Source of the DNA: Glaucostegus cemiculus
Taxonomy: Eukaryota
NCBI GenBank assembly: GCA_976551045.1
Contig: CDPCPM010000103.1
Location: 11,842,001-11,906,000, forward strand
Direction: 5' to 3'
Length of the DNA: 64,000 nucleotides
Positions 1 to 12,236 of this stretch are shown one piece after another. Below the pieces are notes generated by a model. That model ran no database searches, was not told the DNA's origin, and saw nothing but the letters and a program-made list of their open reading frames with translations. Within the stretch, counting starts at the first letter, position 1. Each line of letters begins with the position of its first letter. Both the position numbers and the translations under genes were made by a program.

Positions 1-170
1 ATGAGAGGAAGAGAGGCCAACATTTAATGATGAAATTGTAAAGTTTTGGGCCAAGGCAGCGGAGGACTGATTGGCAGTAGTGAATCAACAAAAATCGGAG
101 GTGTGCAAGGGGGCAGAACTGAAGAGTTCTTGGGCAGTTGTAGGAGCTTGGAGGGAGAAGATAATAGAGA
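1..170 (-). mobile_element. Degenerate L2-like LINE 3' fragment
   Basis: Reverse complement resembles the L2-like 3' region seen at 7640-7900 and 34570-34810. Heavily decayed. Confidence 0.4.
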
Positions 171-639
171 CAGAAATTTTGTTTCAGAATCCACCATCTG
201 TACAATTTGCTAACACAGAGATATCAGGCAGGTGCAGCTGTGTATAGCACATGGCTGAATATCACTTCCATGAAATTCATTAATACATGCATGGCCCACA
301 AATGGTGTGTCACTTGCATTGAGGCAGACTTTCAATATGAAGCCCTGCTTTAGTAAAACTTAAAGGAGATGTGCCTGAAGAGGTCACAGTCCATTGAGTC
401 GAGTGCCATGAATTGATTGTAGATAGGTCTCCTTTAAATTAAAAACTATGAGCATCCCAGTCTTCCTTCAATCAATTTGAACCCTGACCCTATTTCTCCA
501 GCAGCCAATTACAAACCACCAGTGCCACCCTGTGTCATTCAACTCTCATCATTCAGCTTCCAACCGAGGCTGAGGCCCTCACTTAACCCTGCGTCCACAC
601 TCCTGCATGGGACCCACTCCACTGTGACCTTCAGTCATT

Positions 640-960
640 CTGTCATTTTGTCCTGGATCTCAAATCAAATGCACTGACCCACCACACGCAGCACAGTTAA
701 TGTGACTATCCCAGCATGGAAAATTTTCCATGCCAGGGAGTGGTAACATCTTGCATTTGATGGAAAGTTCATTTGGTCCATCAACTCATTTAAAAAAAAG
801 TATCCTCCAAATGCCCCTTTGTCCAATGTTCTTTGAACAATTCCAAAATTAGTTTGTAAGAAAAAATTTCTAGTCATCCATACAAAATTTTTGAACTTGC
901 ACTTGGGCACCATTCTCCATCTCTCATTGTTTGACACAAGCTAATACTCACTGTGTGTCT
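640..960 (-). mobile_element. Degenerate L2-like LINE RT fragment
   Basis: ORF 665..937(-) contains 'FVWMTRNFFLQTNFG', resembling the L2 motif WMxxNFLQLNxxK. Confidence 0.4.
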
Positions 961-3221
961 GTCCTCCGTTATTTGTTACTTTATACTTTTTGAGGTCCTT
1001 GCCCTTTAATAACTAAAAAAAAATATTTCCCTACATGTCAGTCCACTTATCCCATGATCTATCCCCAGGCTAGTTTTGGTACCAGCTCCTCCGCTTGAAG
1101 ATCTCCTTGTTCTTTTAGTGGATAAAACTGAATGCATTATTCATTATAACAAAATGGAGGTTTGTATAAAATATTTCATTGTTTCATTGGAAAGGATAAG
1201 CAATCTCACTTTGGCTTTGGTTGGAATATCTGGCTGAAAGTCAGCGTTTTTGATCAATAGAGATAACAAGCTGCAAATAATTGCCTGAACCCCTGCCATC
1301 CACGAATTCTCCTTGTGTTTGTGTTAAGTTGAAAGTTGTTTTTGAAGATTTAGAATTGAATGTTTGATGTCAAAACATGTATATTAGCAGGCTAAGGAAC
1401 AGGGCAACATAATTGCTCTGAGTGCTGCACTATTAAAGTGAAACATTTGGCAGAGTACAGCATTAATAGGACGTTGACAAACTTTAAGGCAGAACTGTAA
1501 CTGAAAAAATTGCACAGAATTAAACTAAATTCTCATCTCTTAGCTGTGGTGCAATGTAAGATCTTTGGAAAGTTTATAGAGACAATGACACTGAAAATTC
1601 CAATTGCTTTTCCTGTTAATTAAGAAATAACTTTAGAACACAGTCCTTAAATTAGAGGTTACAGGGTTATGAAATTAAAATCTGGCTCAAATCCCATCCA
1701 ACCACTGCCGATCTGAACCTGATCCAAGCCCAAATCCACCTCACACAGTGGCATCTTCAGAAAAGTGGAAGAAGAGAATTGCTGTGACATGTACATTGTC
1801 CTTAATCGGAAGGAGAGGCCACCTGCAGTAATATCAAGCAAATTACCTATCTCGGGTAAAGCAGTAAGACAGGCTGGAATTGCAAGATCCAATCTGACTT
1901 GAACCTCTAAGTTTTAGCAGAATAAACTAATTTCATTCGACTTTCATTATTTATGAGTACTATATTCTTGGTAACTTGCTGGGGTAAATTTTCTAGGTAC
2001 TCCAGTGGAATAGATCACCTTGTCCATTATAGAAATAGCCAACTTTGATCTTGTTGTTTTAACCAAAAGCCTATCTCAATTGTAATATTATGTAGAACAC
2101 AACTACTTACGGTAATCTTGAAGTCCTCACTTGCTGTATTGTATCATTCACGGACTAAAATAGGGCATCACAATTCAAAACGTTTTGGTTGATTACAATT
2201 TTCTTTTTAGTAACCTGGGTCAAATCTATGTGTTGCTCTACTGTGTGGAAGCATTATTGGAATCAGCTCATTATTACAGCATAAAGTTCAGATTGATAAT
2301 TAGCCACCCAGATCCATGGCTTTGAATCATAAGGGCTAATCTGGTGAACTGTTGCATGATTAAAATGACATGACAGTTTCCTGAGGATGTGTGCCATGCC
2401 TCCCCCCACCCCCTTGCTTCATGGTGCCTGGAACAAGGCAATACAGACTTTGTAAAAGATGTCTTCGTGTAGGTAAGAAGATATTAAGCCAGCATTAAAG
2501 AAGGGAAATTTGACAGGAGGAGCAAAGGCAGACAAATTGGTTGCAGGCCTCTTTCAAGCCATGTGCAGAGCTGTCACTGCCTGTCATATTTCCACAGTGA
2601 GGATCTCTGCTTTGGGGACAAACTTTGGGTTAGTTCTCCTATCGGTAGACGTTCTCAGGTAGGGTGAGCAGCTGAAGAAGCAATGGCAGGAAGTGGGGTT
2701 GGGGAGGAGGGGGTGTTTGGAGCCGACTGCAATGCTATGTGGTTGGAAGGAATGTACCATCCAGTTTACCCAGTGCAGCAGGCGTAGCAATGCCCAGTTT
2801 CTCAGAAACATTTTTAAACAAGCATTTAGCCTCTGGTTGGTATAGTCAAGGTGTCTCTGGTCTGTTTAGGCAGCTGCTTTAATTGTGCCTCAGGCTAGTA
2901 TGAAGTAGGTATTCTTGAGCCGCAAAGCACAGCCTTATGATATTGGTCACCTAAGAGGATGAGAAGTTGAGTGGGGCTCGCGCACTGCATCACAGCACAC
3001 ACCTGCAGCTGCAGAACATCTATTGCTTCCAAAATTTTTGAGACGTGACCAATTGAAAACTTCAAAGCTCAGCATTGTAGAGATAAATGTGTGATGTACG
3101 GGCATTAAGTAATTGGAGAGTGTGACATAAACGTGCATGTATTTTAGCAGTTCTCATTGTCTGTTGGTGATTCAACGTATTCCTGGCACTACGTGTAGTT
3201 AGAATAAGAACCCAAGTGTGG

Positions 3222-3770
3222 TTTTTTTTTCAGAAATACACTATATTCATATAAAAATATGTACAAGAAATACAAAAACAGGGCATGGCTTTCTTTGCAT
3301 TCATAGTGTTGTTCAGTCTATACATTCATAGTGTTATCAAGTGTATGCATTTGCAGTGTTAGCATATTCTATGTACAAGGGACCATTGCCACATGTAGCC
3401 ACTTTGGACAATCCAGACTTCAAGTGTTTGAGAGGCTTTTACACAGGACTGAGCCCCTCACTGTCCAGTGGCAGTAGGACATTAGACTGCAGTCCTTCCC
3501 CACAAAGCCTTTGTGTTGGCTGCACCAGGCCTTGGTGCATCCCTTGGAACACACTCCTGCAACCTGGAATGTGCCAGGTGGCAGCATTCCCTTATGGACA
3601 TCTCATACTAGAAGGCCAACAAGTTTCAGGCAGACCAGAGTGTATCTTTCACCAGGATGATCTTCCAGCAGCACTCGACATTTGTCTCACTGTGGGTCCC
3701 TGGGAACATCCCTTGCATCAGAGAATCCTCTGTTACCTAGCTGCTTGGGTTACGCCTCGACCAGGATCCT
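3222..3770 (-). mobile_element. Tx1/L1-clade LINE 3' end, 5'-truncated
   Basis: Poly(T) at about 3222-3230 (the poly(A) tail). The minus strand reads EDSLMQGMFPGTHSETNVECCWK..VKDTLWSA..RECCHLAHSRLQE..ALWG, a Tx1-type ORF2 C-terminus with stops. Confidence 0.7.
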
Positions 3771-3822
3771 TGCATCCTTTTCCAGAATTTCTTTGTACTT
3801 ATATCAGTGCAGTTTTATCAGG

Positions 3823-3942
3823 TGAGGATTTTAAGGGTTATGGACCCAATGCAAGTAAGAGTTAAGGTACACAACTGCCATTATTAGTTAGGTGACAGAA
3901 TAGGCTCAAGGACTGAAAGGCCTTCTCCTGTTCTTATGTTCC
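3823..3942 (+). mobile_element. CR1-like LINE 3' tail fragment
   Basis: Ends 'ggctcaaggactgaaaggccttctcctgttcttatgttc', the same tail type as 39400-39465. Confidence 0.6.
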
Positions 3943-3944
3943 TA

Positions 3945-5105
3945 GACATAGAGAAATACAGTATGGAAACAGGCCCTTTGGTCCATCAAGTCTGCACCAA
4001 CTATCAACCATCCATTTTCACTAATCCCGCACTAGTCCCATTTTATTCTCCCCACATTCTCATCTACTCCCTCCAGATTCTACCACTCACCTACACACTA
4101 GGTACCATTTACAGTGGCCAATTAACCTACCAACCTGCATGTTGTTGGAATGTGGGAAAAAAACCCACATGGTCACAAGAGAACCAAGGAGATGGTAGTG
4201 GATTTCAGGAAAGGTCGCCGTGTGCATGCCCCGCTGACCATCAACAGGTCTGTGGTGGAACAAGTCAGCAGCACCAAGTTCCTGGGGGTGCACATCGCTG
4301 ATGACCTGACCTGGTCCACTAACACCACAGCCCTCACCAAGAAAGCCCAGAAACACCTCTACTTCCTGCGGAGATTGAGGAAAGTGAACTCCCATCCTTC
4401 TATTATGAAAACTCTTTATAGAGGAACCATTGAGAGTATCCTGACACACTGCATCACCATCTGGTATGGGAGCTGCTCAGCTGCTGGACAGAAGTCCCTG
4501 CAGAGAATAGTGAGAGCAGCAGAGAAGATCATAGGTGTCTCTCTACTCTCTATTGCAGATATATACAAGGACCAATGTGTCAGAAAGGTCACAAACATAA
4601 TGTTGGGCCCTTCTCACCCCTCCTACCACCTCTTTACACTCTTGCCATCCGGAAGAAGGCTCCAGTGCATCCAGGCAAGGACTACCAGACTGTGCAATAG
4701 CTTTTTCCCACAAGCTATCAGAACCATGAACTCCCTCATCCCTCCATCCCTCCCGCCAACACCAAAGGATGCTAGGCGTACTGAAATGCACCAGCACTTT
4801 AAATGTCCGTTGTCTGCTGCCTCAGTATGCTCACTTTAAGATTGTTTATTCGAGTCGCTATTTAATTTTGTGGTTCCAATGTTGTTAATGTCTTTCTGTC
4901 TTTGTGTCGCTCATTGTTTTATTTAAATGTGACGAGCACCTTGATCTGTGGAGTACGGTATTTCGCTCCTATGCTTGCTGAATGTGTATATAGTAATGAC
5001 AATAAAAACTGATTCTGAATGTGCAAACTCCACACAGAGGTCAGGATTGAACCCAGGTCTCCAGTGCTGTGAGGCAGTAGCTCTACTAGCTGTGCCACTG
5101 TGCAG
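3945..5105 (-). mobile_element. HE1/V-SINE-like element split by a Rex1 insertion (halves about 3945-4182 and 5019-5105)
   Basis: The V-domain complement '..cccacatggtcacaagagaa' stops at about 4182 and resumes as 'tgtgcaaactccacacaga..ggattgaacccagg' (tRNA box B complement) at about 5020. Confidence 0.75.
4183..5019 (+). mobile_element. Rex1/Babar-clade LINE, 5'-truncated, open RT C-terminal region
   Basis: ORF 4150..4839: TKEMVVDFRK..KFLGVHIADDLTWS..KKAQKHLYFLRRL..IESILTHCITIWYG..HPSYHLFTLLPSGRR..NSFFPQAIR. Tail 'gacaataaaactgattctga'. Confidence 0.9.
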
Positions 5106-5840
5106 CCCGTACAAAACAGTGCCACTGTTCCTACAAAACAGAAAAAGGGAAGAAATCAGAAGAAAACAAATTGCACTGTTTATACCTGTACAAATAACAC
5201 CAATACAGCCCTGTTGGACTGAAAATCCATTAGCATTTGTGGGCTGTTAAAGTAACACAACTTTCTTGGAGTGATGGGCACATAACTGGATGCACTGTAA
5301 CAGCTGATATGATAGTGGGTCTTGGAATGATACAATTCGGTCTTGTTTCAATTCCTAAAGTAATTTTCAAGGCTTTGTCACATTGTGCTGTTTGCCTGAT
5401 CCCTCTCCGATGAAAAGTCTTGACCTTGCTGATTGCAAAAAGATATTTAGTTGGGCATTAAGCAGTGACTGTAATAAGAAACCGGCTTGGATGATTAGCT
5501 GTGATTTTTCTGACTAGCCATCTACACACACTTCAATTCACTAAATTTTATAATAAAACAATTCCACAAATAAAGTTTTTAGCATCAAAAATCAGGAGGC
5601 AGTTGGTATCTTGCACATTTGCATTACCAATTAAGCTGTACAATTGATTTTAAAAACTGCACTTTAAAGAGGAGTAGTTTTCATTTCCAACCGTCATCTT
5701 AAACTAGGTCTTAATGACATCATTGTGATGTTATTACTGTAGCTTAAAAGGAGATTATGCAGAGAATATGCCTTTATTCTTCGTCTGCCATCACTGTATC
5801 TCACTGCTGATTTAAGCAAATTGTGGATAAAAAAGAACAC

Positions 5841-5967
5841 ATGCAGAGTCCTATCGACCGCCCGAATGTGGTTCCTCCAGAACTTGATTCAGGTGCAGTG
5901 AATATGAAGCCGATACCAGAGGAACCAATACAGTTGGATCACTGTACATCTCTGGAACCAACTCCAG
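5841..5967 (+). CDS. Candidate alternative first coding exon of EML1 (MQSPIDRPNVVPPELDSGAVNMKPIPEEPIQLDHCTSLEPTP+G)
   Basis: 42 codons plus G, then CAG|GTTATT. Same phase and overhang base as the recognised exon 1. In-frame TGA upstream (5808). Non-repetitive with several CpGs. The donor and Kozak context are weak and I recognise no homologue. Confidence 0.35.
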
Positions 5968-6779
5968 GTTATTACTTACTTAACCCAGTTTAATGCTTTG
6001 GTCTGGGGCAGAATTATTGTTGAATTGTAAACGAGTATTGTTAATTGGTGTTTGCATGAATGAAGTATAAGGAATTAATTAGAATTCCCATATATCTTCA
6101 ACTGAATTGTTAATAATTATACAAATTATTTCATTATTATATTAAACCAATGTGAAGCCAAATTTTGCATATTGTGTACTAATGAAAGAATCTGCCACAG
6201 TGATTCTGAAAAATGGCAGTGACACAGCAGAGCAACAGAGTGCTGCTGTTTGTTGTTGAAGGGGAAGTAATCAGTGGATTCCACTTCTGGGTGGACTCAG
6301 CTACCTAGGTGCCAATTGTCATCAGCTTGAGTCTATAAGTGTTGAGCCTTCACTCAACAAGTATGGCATGTTTATAAAGTGCTGAAGTATGAGACTAATC
6401 ACTGTCTATTTATGGTTGAAGAAGGAAAATTAATCTTGCCAAAAAGAAAATGCACAAATTGAGTTTTTAATGCTGATGTCTTTAACCTAATTGTCCCAGT
6501 TTTTAAAAAAATCTGATATTGAAGGATAGAAAATGCATAACTTTTCCTTCAATATAATCTCCAGCATTGTGTGGTGTGTCTGGAAAGTAATGTGGTAATC
6601 CTCTTAGTGGTTTAATTTATGTGGATAGATGGATGAACAAGCAACTACTTTAGAACACAGTAACACTGAGCCAAATTGAACGTATAGTCCACAGCTGGTA
6701 TCTTCATGCCTACAGAAAACTGTCAGATTTTGTCAGCCTAGATCAATGGAGATGTTTGTATTGCTCTGCAGAAGCATTA

Positions 6780-7100
6780 AAGTGTAGTTTGAAGCCCCAG
6801 TTCCAAGATGGGTGAGGGTGTTCCTTCAGAGGAGATGTAAAAGCTTGACGTATGGTCTTTCTGTTCCTCTGGATATATAGAAAGTAAAGCAAAGCTTGTT
6901 TATTATTCTGCCCAACTATAATGCCATAACCAATATAAACAAAGCAACTGATATGTTAAATGATCTTGGGGAATGTGGTAGTGTTTAAATGGGGAGCTAG
7001 TTTCCCTTCTCTGCAGCACTCCGATTCTTTTCATTGCACAGTGTCATCGCTTTCAATAATATTTGGTTTTGGTGAAGGGAGAATATGACGTAAATAAAAA
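6780..7100 (+). mobile_element. Highly decayed DeuSINE/SacSINE1-like element
   Basis: Colinear remnants shared with the copies at 49100-49480 and 52980-53370. Confidence 0.35.
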
Positions 7101-7229
7101 TGAATTGTTTGAGCTGTCCTCTTGTGGGGGAAGGATGGGGTGCAGGGGGTTGGTAGGGGAAGCCTCCAGTTTAGTTCTTTGTAGCTTAAACCTTGAGCAT
7201 TCTCACCTTCAGCTGGCACTCTCACCTCC

Positions 7230-8060
7230 TGGATTCAAACTCCATACCAGAGACTTGAAAATGAGCATCATGGATGAGACTTCAAACCACATAACCCTGT
7301 TATTTTTAAAACCAACTATTCCCACCTCTGCAACTTCTTCCAACTCCACCTTGACCTCAGCTCACTTGCTGCTGAATGCCTTATCCAAGCCGTCGTTATC
7401 ATTGGAATGAGTGTTCGATGCACTCCCGAGTGGATTCTTTTGTCCTACCTTTCCTAAATGAGGTCATTAAAAACTCTGCTGTTCACAATTTATTAATTTT
7501 GTCTCCATGGAACTGGCTGAAGTAAATCGAAGCCTCTAAAACCCCAATTCTACTTGGGGTTTTAGAGGTACACTTGCAGTGCCATATAGATTTTGGCCAG
7601 AACATATTATTGTGATATAAAGTTCTGTTCACACTTTACCCCTGTACTTGCTGACCTTGGCTCCCAATTACATAGCATCATAGTTTTAAAGTATTTTGCC
7701 TTTGTTTTGAAGTTCTGTGGCTCTAACCTCCCTATCTCAGTAATCCCCTCCAGCTATTCAACCCTTCTAGATTTGTATGTTGTTCCAGTTCTGGTTTCTT
7801 GATCATCCCAAATTTAACAGCCCAACTTTGGAAGCTGTGTTTCAGCTGCAAAAGCTGCAGGTTCTGGAATCCTGCCCATCAACTTCTTGGTCTCTAACTC
7901 TCTTTTCTGCTTTAAGGTTCTGCTTCACACTTGTTTCTTTGAGTGTGCTTTGAGTCTTTTGCCCTTGTTTCTCCATATGTTGGTAAAATTCTATTTGACA
8001 TTGCTCCCTGTATGTTTTGTTCCTTCAATGTGCTGTACAAAGATAGGGGTTGTTGTTGCT
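7230..8060 (+). mobile_element. L2-like LINE 3' portion
   Basis: 'acccctgtacttgctgacct' (TPVLADL), the downstream 3' region and a terminal 'gttgttgttg' repeat. Confidence 0.65.
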
Positions 8061-9257
8061 TCAGCTTTGCAATATGTGATCTGAATGCTTAAGAAAGCAG
8101 CTTATCTGAGGAGATTGAGTTCATGTTAACCAGGCTCAAAGAAATGACAATCTGCTAGTCTTGATAATATCTTTATATTACACTGCTGTGCACCTTCAAT
8201 TGCAGCATTTTAAGGTATGCTTTTGATTTGTTGAGAATTTGCAATTAAAACATAACAAGTCATTAAATATACATGGCTCAGAGTTCTTGCTACTCCAAGA
8301 GTAAAATCTCTCAATTTAACTGTTGACCCCAGCAAAAACCCAGACTATGAAGCCGAGGATTTGAGTCAGGCTGCTTCAAACATCTAATGCAATACCTTGT
8401 GTTGTTACCTGGTGATTAGAAATTCTGCAAGGCCAATTAATACCTCTTGATGCACGAGTGGAGTCAGTGAAGATCTAACTTTGAATCTTGGAGGACTGCA
8501 TTCCCTTTATATCACACTGAGATGATCTGACTGAGAGCTACATTGGCACTGTAATTATAATTAGGATTTTGGAGGTTTTGAACAACCTCAGGCAGTTCCA
8601 TGGAGACCAGATTAAATGGCCTAACTTATTCACAATGGTAAAGCAACTGCTAGGAAGAACGAAAACTCGATTGATGTTTGACCACTTGCCATTATTCAGA
8701 ACTCAGTTGGGAACAGAACTTACGCCATTCTGTTCACTAACTCTCTCAAATTAGGCTGCCTCCCAAATAATGGGCAGACAGAAATAATTGGCATCTGGAA
8801 GTCAACCAAATGTGCTAGCAGCCAGCCATGACACAATGCAAGCATGACACAATTGGCCCATAATCACTTATTTTTGAAGTTGGGGCTTACTAACAAATTT
8901 AAGATGTTACTAAGGCATTGGAAGATAATACTTCTCAGTAAAGATAATGTAGCTAATTCTTGAAGAGTATAAATTAAGTTCAATTTAGTCTATCTGTATA
9001 TTTCAAAGGAGAAAATTCTTGTAAATATGATTATTAGTCACAGAATATTCTATTTTTTTTATTTGAAGGGGACACTTTAAAGGAATGAATGTGTTGAATA
9101 ATATGCTGATATTTAAAAATTACTGCTTTAACTCTTAAACTTACTGATCCTTAAGCTCTTGCTGTGGATTGTTCGATTGTGGATCGCTGAAGATTCTGGG
9201 AATGAGGTACACATCCCCTGTTCCTGGACACTGTATATAAAACATTAGATAAGATAC

Positions 9258-9551
9258 ATTAAGACATTTTTATTAGTCACATGTACACCAAAACACACAG
9301 CGAAATGCATCTTTTGCGTAGAGTGTTCTGGGGGCAGCCCGCCAGTGTCGCCACTCTTCCGGCACCAACATAGCATGCCCACAATTTCCTAACCCTTGCG
9401 TCATTGAAATGCAGGAGGAAACCAGAGCACCCAGAGGAAACCCATGCAGGCACGGGGAGAACATACAAAGTCCTTACAGACAGTGGCCGGAATTGAACCC
9501 GGGTTGCTGGTGCTGTAATAGCAATATGCCAACTGCTACACTGCTGTGCCT
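9258..9551 (-). mobile_element. tRNA-derived V-SINE, tail type A
   Basis: Reverse complement aligns over nearly its whole length with 11758-12052 and 32231-32505. Box B 'ggttcaattcc' and V-domain are present. Confidence 0.9.
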
Positions 9552-10789
9552 ACTCGTGATGACAATCTAGTTTATTTTCAGTGAAGAGAGCACAAGGTTG
9601 TTTTCCACCGAGGTTATTGGCTAGACATTTCAGTATACCTCTAACTAGTAATACAATATATAATTCAAATGTCAGCCCTTTCTCAAGAAAAAAATATTGT
9701 AATTATAAAGGATGATTTGCCCAAGCTGGAAACATAAGAAGAAGAATCAACAATAAAGGGTTATATATATTTGAGATGATTTTACTGTATGTCAGTGTAA
9801 TACAGTCTCACCCTGTTTAATGTAAATTAGTGCAATGTAATCTACTTCTTGTAACCTAACTGAGTATGCATGGTGAATTGTGTACAAAATATGCACACTG
9901 TGACCGGAGGGGGTGTAATAAACTAACTGCACCTGTAGCAGGAATTCTCCCCATCTCCCATCCACTAATCTCTGCTCATTAACCCCATCCTCCAACTATC
10001 CTCCCGAGCCTCTGAACAATTTCAACCTTCACTCCATATTCTTCAGCCACTTCAAACCTGAGTCCAGGCTCATTTAGTCTAATGAACTCCTTGCAACCTA
10101 CGCTCTGCCCTGACCAAGCCCTGGTTCGGAGAGGAGGTACTTAAGTTCACAGAGGGGAGCCCATAACCAAAATGGTCATTGGTGCACCACTGCTGTGACC
10201 AACCATCCAGTGCACCCACTAAGGCATACTAGAGTCTCTCAGCCTTTGTACTTTGTTTAGGTAAGACATGAGTCTGAGTACAAAAATGGATAAAAAGTAG
10301 CATCGCCCTAACACCAATAGCTTTACACTGCTGCATAATTGGCAACATTTGGCTTTTTTTCAATTAAAATGTAACATTTCAAGAAGAGCAATCTAATTTT
10401 GAAATATGAAATTAGAGATTAGTTCATTGCGCCATGTGTAAAACAAAACAATCAAGTTCTTTGTAGCTTTCATGTTCAGAATTATTAATTAATATCTGAG
10501 CCAGAAATATGCAATCAAATTGCTTGGCATTTGGTTCCTTTCCCCTTTCAGCACTCTATTTGTTGCAACTGTGTCATAGCAACAGCCTTTTTGTTGCTCC
10601 TGGACTTCCAAAATGTTACTGTACAAAGTTATTACCAGGGAAACAGAGAGAGAAACATAAACAGAAAGTCACTGAGAACACTGCATTATCAGCACATTTT
10701 AATCAAGTTCACAAATGTTCTGTAACATAAATGGCACCTGGCCTAGATGTGGAGGCGTATTAATTTTTGCTTCTCCCTATGTAATGTTG

Positions 10790-11520
10790 TAGAATTACAG
10801 TATAGAAACAGATGCTTTCAGCCCATCTCATCTATGCCAACTCAGAATCAGAATCAGGTTTATTATCACTGACATATGTTGTGAAATCTGTTGTTTTGCG
10901 GCAGCAATACAGTGCAAGATATAAAGACATAAAAAAATATACTATAAGTTACAAAAATAAATAAAATGCACTAAATCCCACTTGCCTACATTAGGTCCTT
11001 GTACCTCTACGTCTTTCCTATCCAAGTACCTGTCCAAACGCCTTTTAAACATTGTAGGTGTATCTGCCTCTACCACCTCCTCTGTCAGCTCGTTCGAGAT
11101 AACAACCATCCTCTGCGTGAAGAATTAAAATTTCTCTCCTCTCACCTTAAACCTGTGTCCTCTAGTTATTTATTCCCTTGCCCTTGGGAAAAGATTCTGA
11201 CTATCCATCTTATCAATGCCCCGTGTAATTTTATAAGCCACTATAAGGTCGCCACTCAGTATTTTACGTTCCAGAGAGAATAAACCCAGCCTGTCCAATC
11301 GCTCTGTATAACTACAGCTCTCCATTCCAGGAAACAGCCTGGTGAATCTATTCTGCACTCCCTCTATTGGTACAACACCCCTTCCTGCAGTGTGGCAACC
11401 AGAACTGTGCACAAGTGAACTCTGTGTAGAAATGTGGTCTAACCAATGTTTTATACAGCTGCAGCATGACATCCCAACACTTGTGCTCTGCCTATGAAGG
11501 CAAGCGTACCTAATGCTTCC
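10790..11520 (-). mobile_element. CR1/HER1-like LINE 3' end containing a Rex1 tail (about 10843-10970)
   Basis: ORF 11170..11472(-): IEGVQNRFTRLFPGM..YTERLDRLGLFSLERK..GDLIVAYKI. The inserted 'cagaatcagaatcaggtttattatcactgac' matches 28268. Confidence 0.85.
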
Positions 11521-11567
11521 TTCGTACAGGCTGTTCCTGGGTTACGAATGCCTGACTTAGGGCCAAA

Positions 11568-12236
11568 CCTATCTAGGTACCTGTCCAAATGTCTTTTAAG
11601 CATTGTAATTGTACCCTCCTCTACCACTTCTTCTGGCATTCCATATGCCCACCATACTTTGCATGGAAAAACCTGCCCCTCTGATCCCCTTTAAATCCTT
11701 CCCCTCTTATCTTAAACCTATGCCCTCTAGTTTTAGACTCCCCTATCCTGGGAGAAAGGCACAGTAGTGTAGCAGTTAGCGAAATGCTGTTACAGTGCCA
11801 GCGACCCAGATTCCATTCCAGCCACTGTCTGTAAGGAGTTTGTACTTTCTCCCTGTGTCTGCACTGGTTTCCTCTGGGTGCTCCGGTTTCCTCCCACATT
11901 CCAAAGGCATACGGGTTAGGAAGTCGTGGGCATGTTACGCTGGCGCCGGAAGTGTGGCGACACTTGTGGGCTACCCCCAGAACATTCTACGCAAAGGTGT
12001 ATTTCACTGTGTTTTGAATGTACATGTAACTAATAAAGAAATCTTATCTTATAACCACCTGCCCTACCTCTGTCCCTCATAATTTTATGAACCTCAATAA
12101 GCACACCCCTAAACCTCCTTTGCCCCAGGGAAAACAGTTCCAGTCTATCCAATCTCACCTTATAATTCAAGCCCTCTGGTCCAGGCAACATCCTTGTGAA
12201 TCTTTTCTGCACCATCTCCAGCTTAACCACCTCCTT
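11568..12236 (-). mobile_element. CR1-like LINE 3' fragment split by a V-SINE
   Basis: LEMVQKRFTRMLPG..RLDRLELFSL..GVLIEVHKIMR and SKTRGHRFKIRG motifs flank the SINE. Confidence 0.85.
11758..12052 (+). mobile_element. tRNA-derived V-SINE, tail type A
   Basis: 'ggcacagtagtgtagcagttagc' head, V-domain 'ggtttcctctgggtgctccggtttcctcccacattccaaag', and tail 'aataaagaaatcttatcttat'. Confidence 0.9.

Noticed and set aside
4150-4839. Longest ORF (229 aa) as a host gene
   Set aside because: It is a 5'-truncated Rex1 RT C-terminus whose ATG comes from the flanking antisense SINE.
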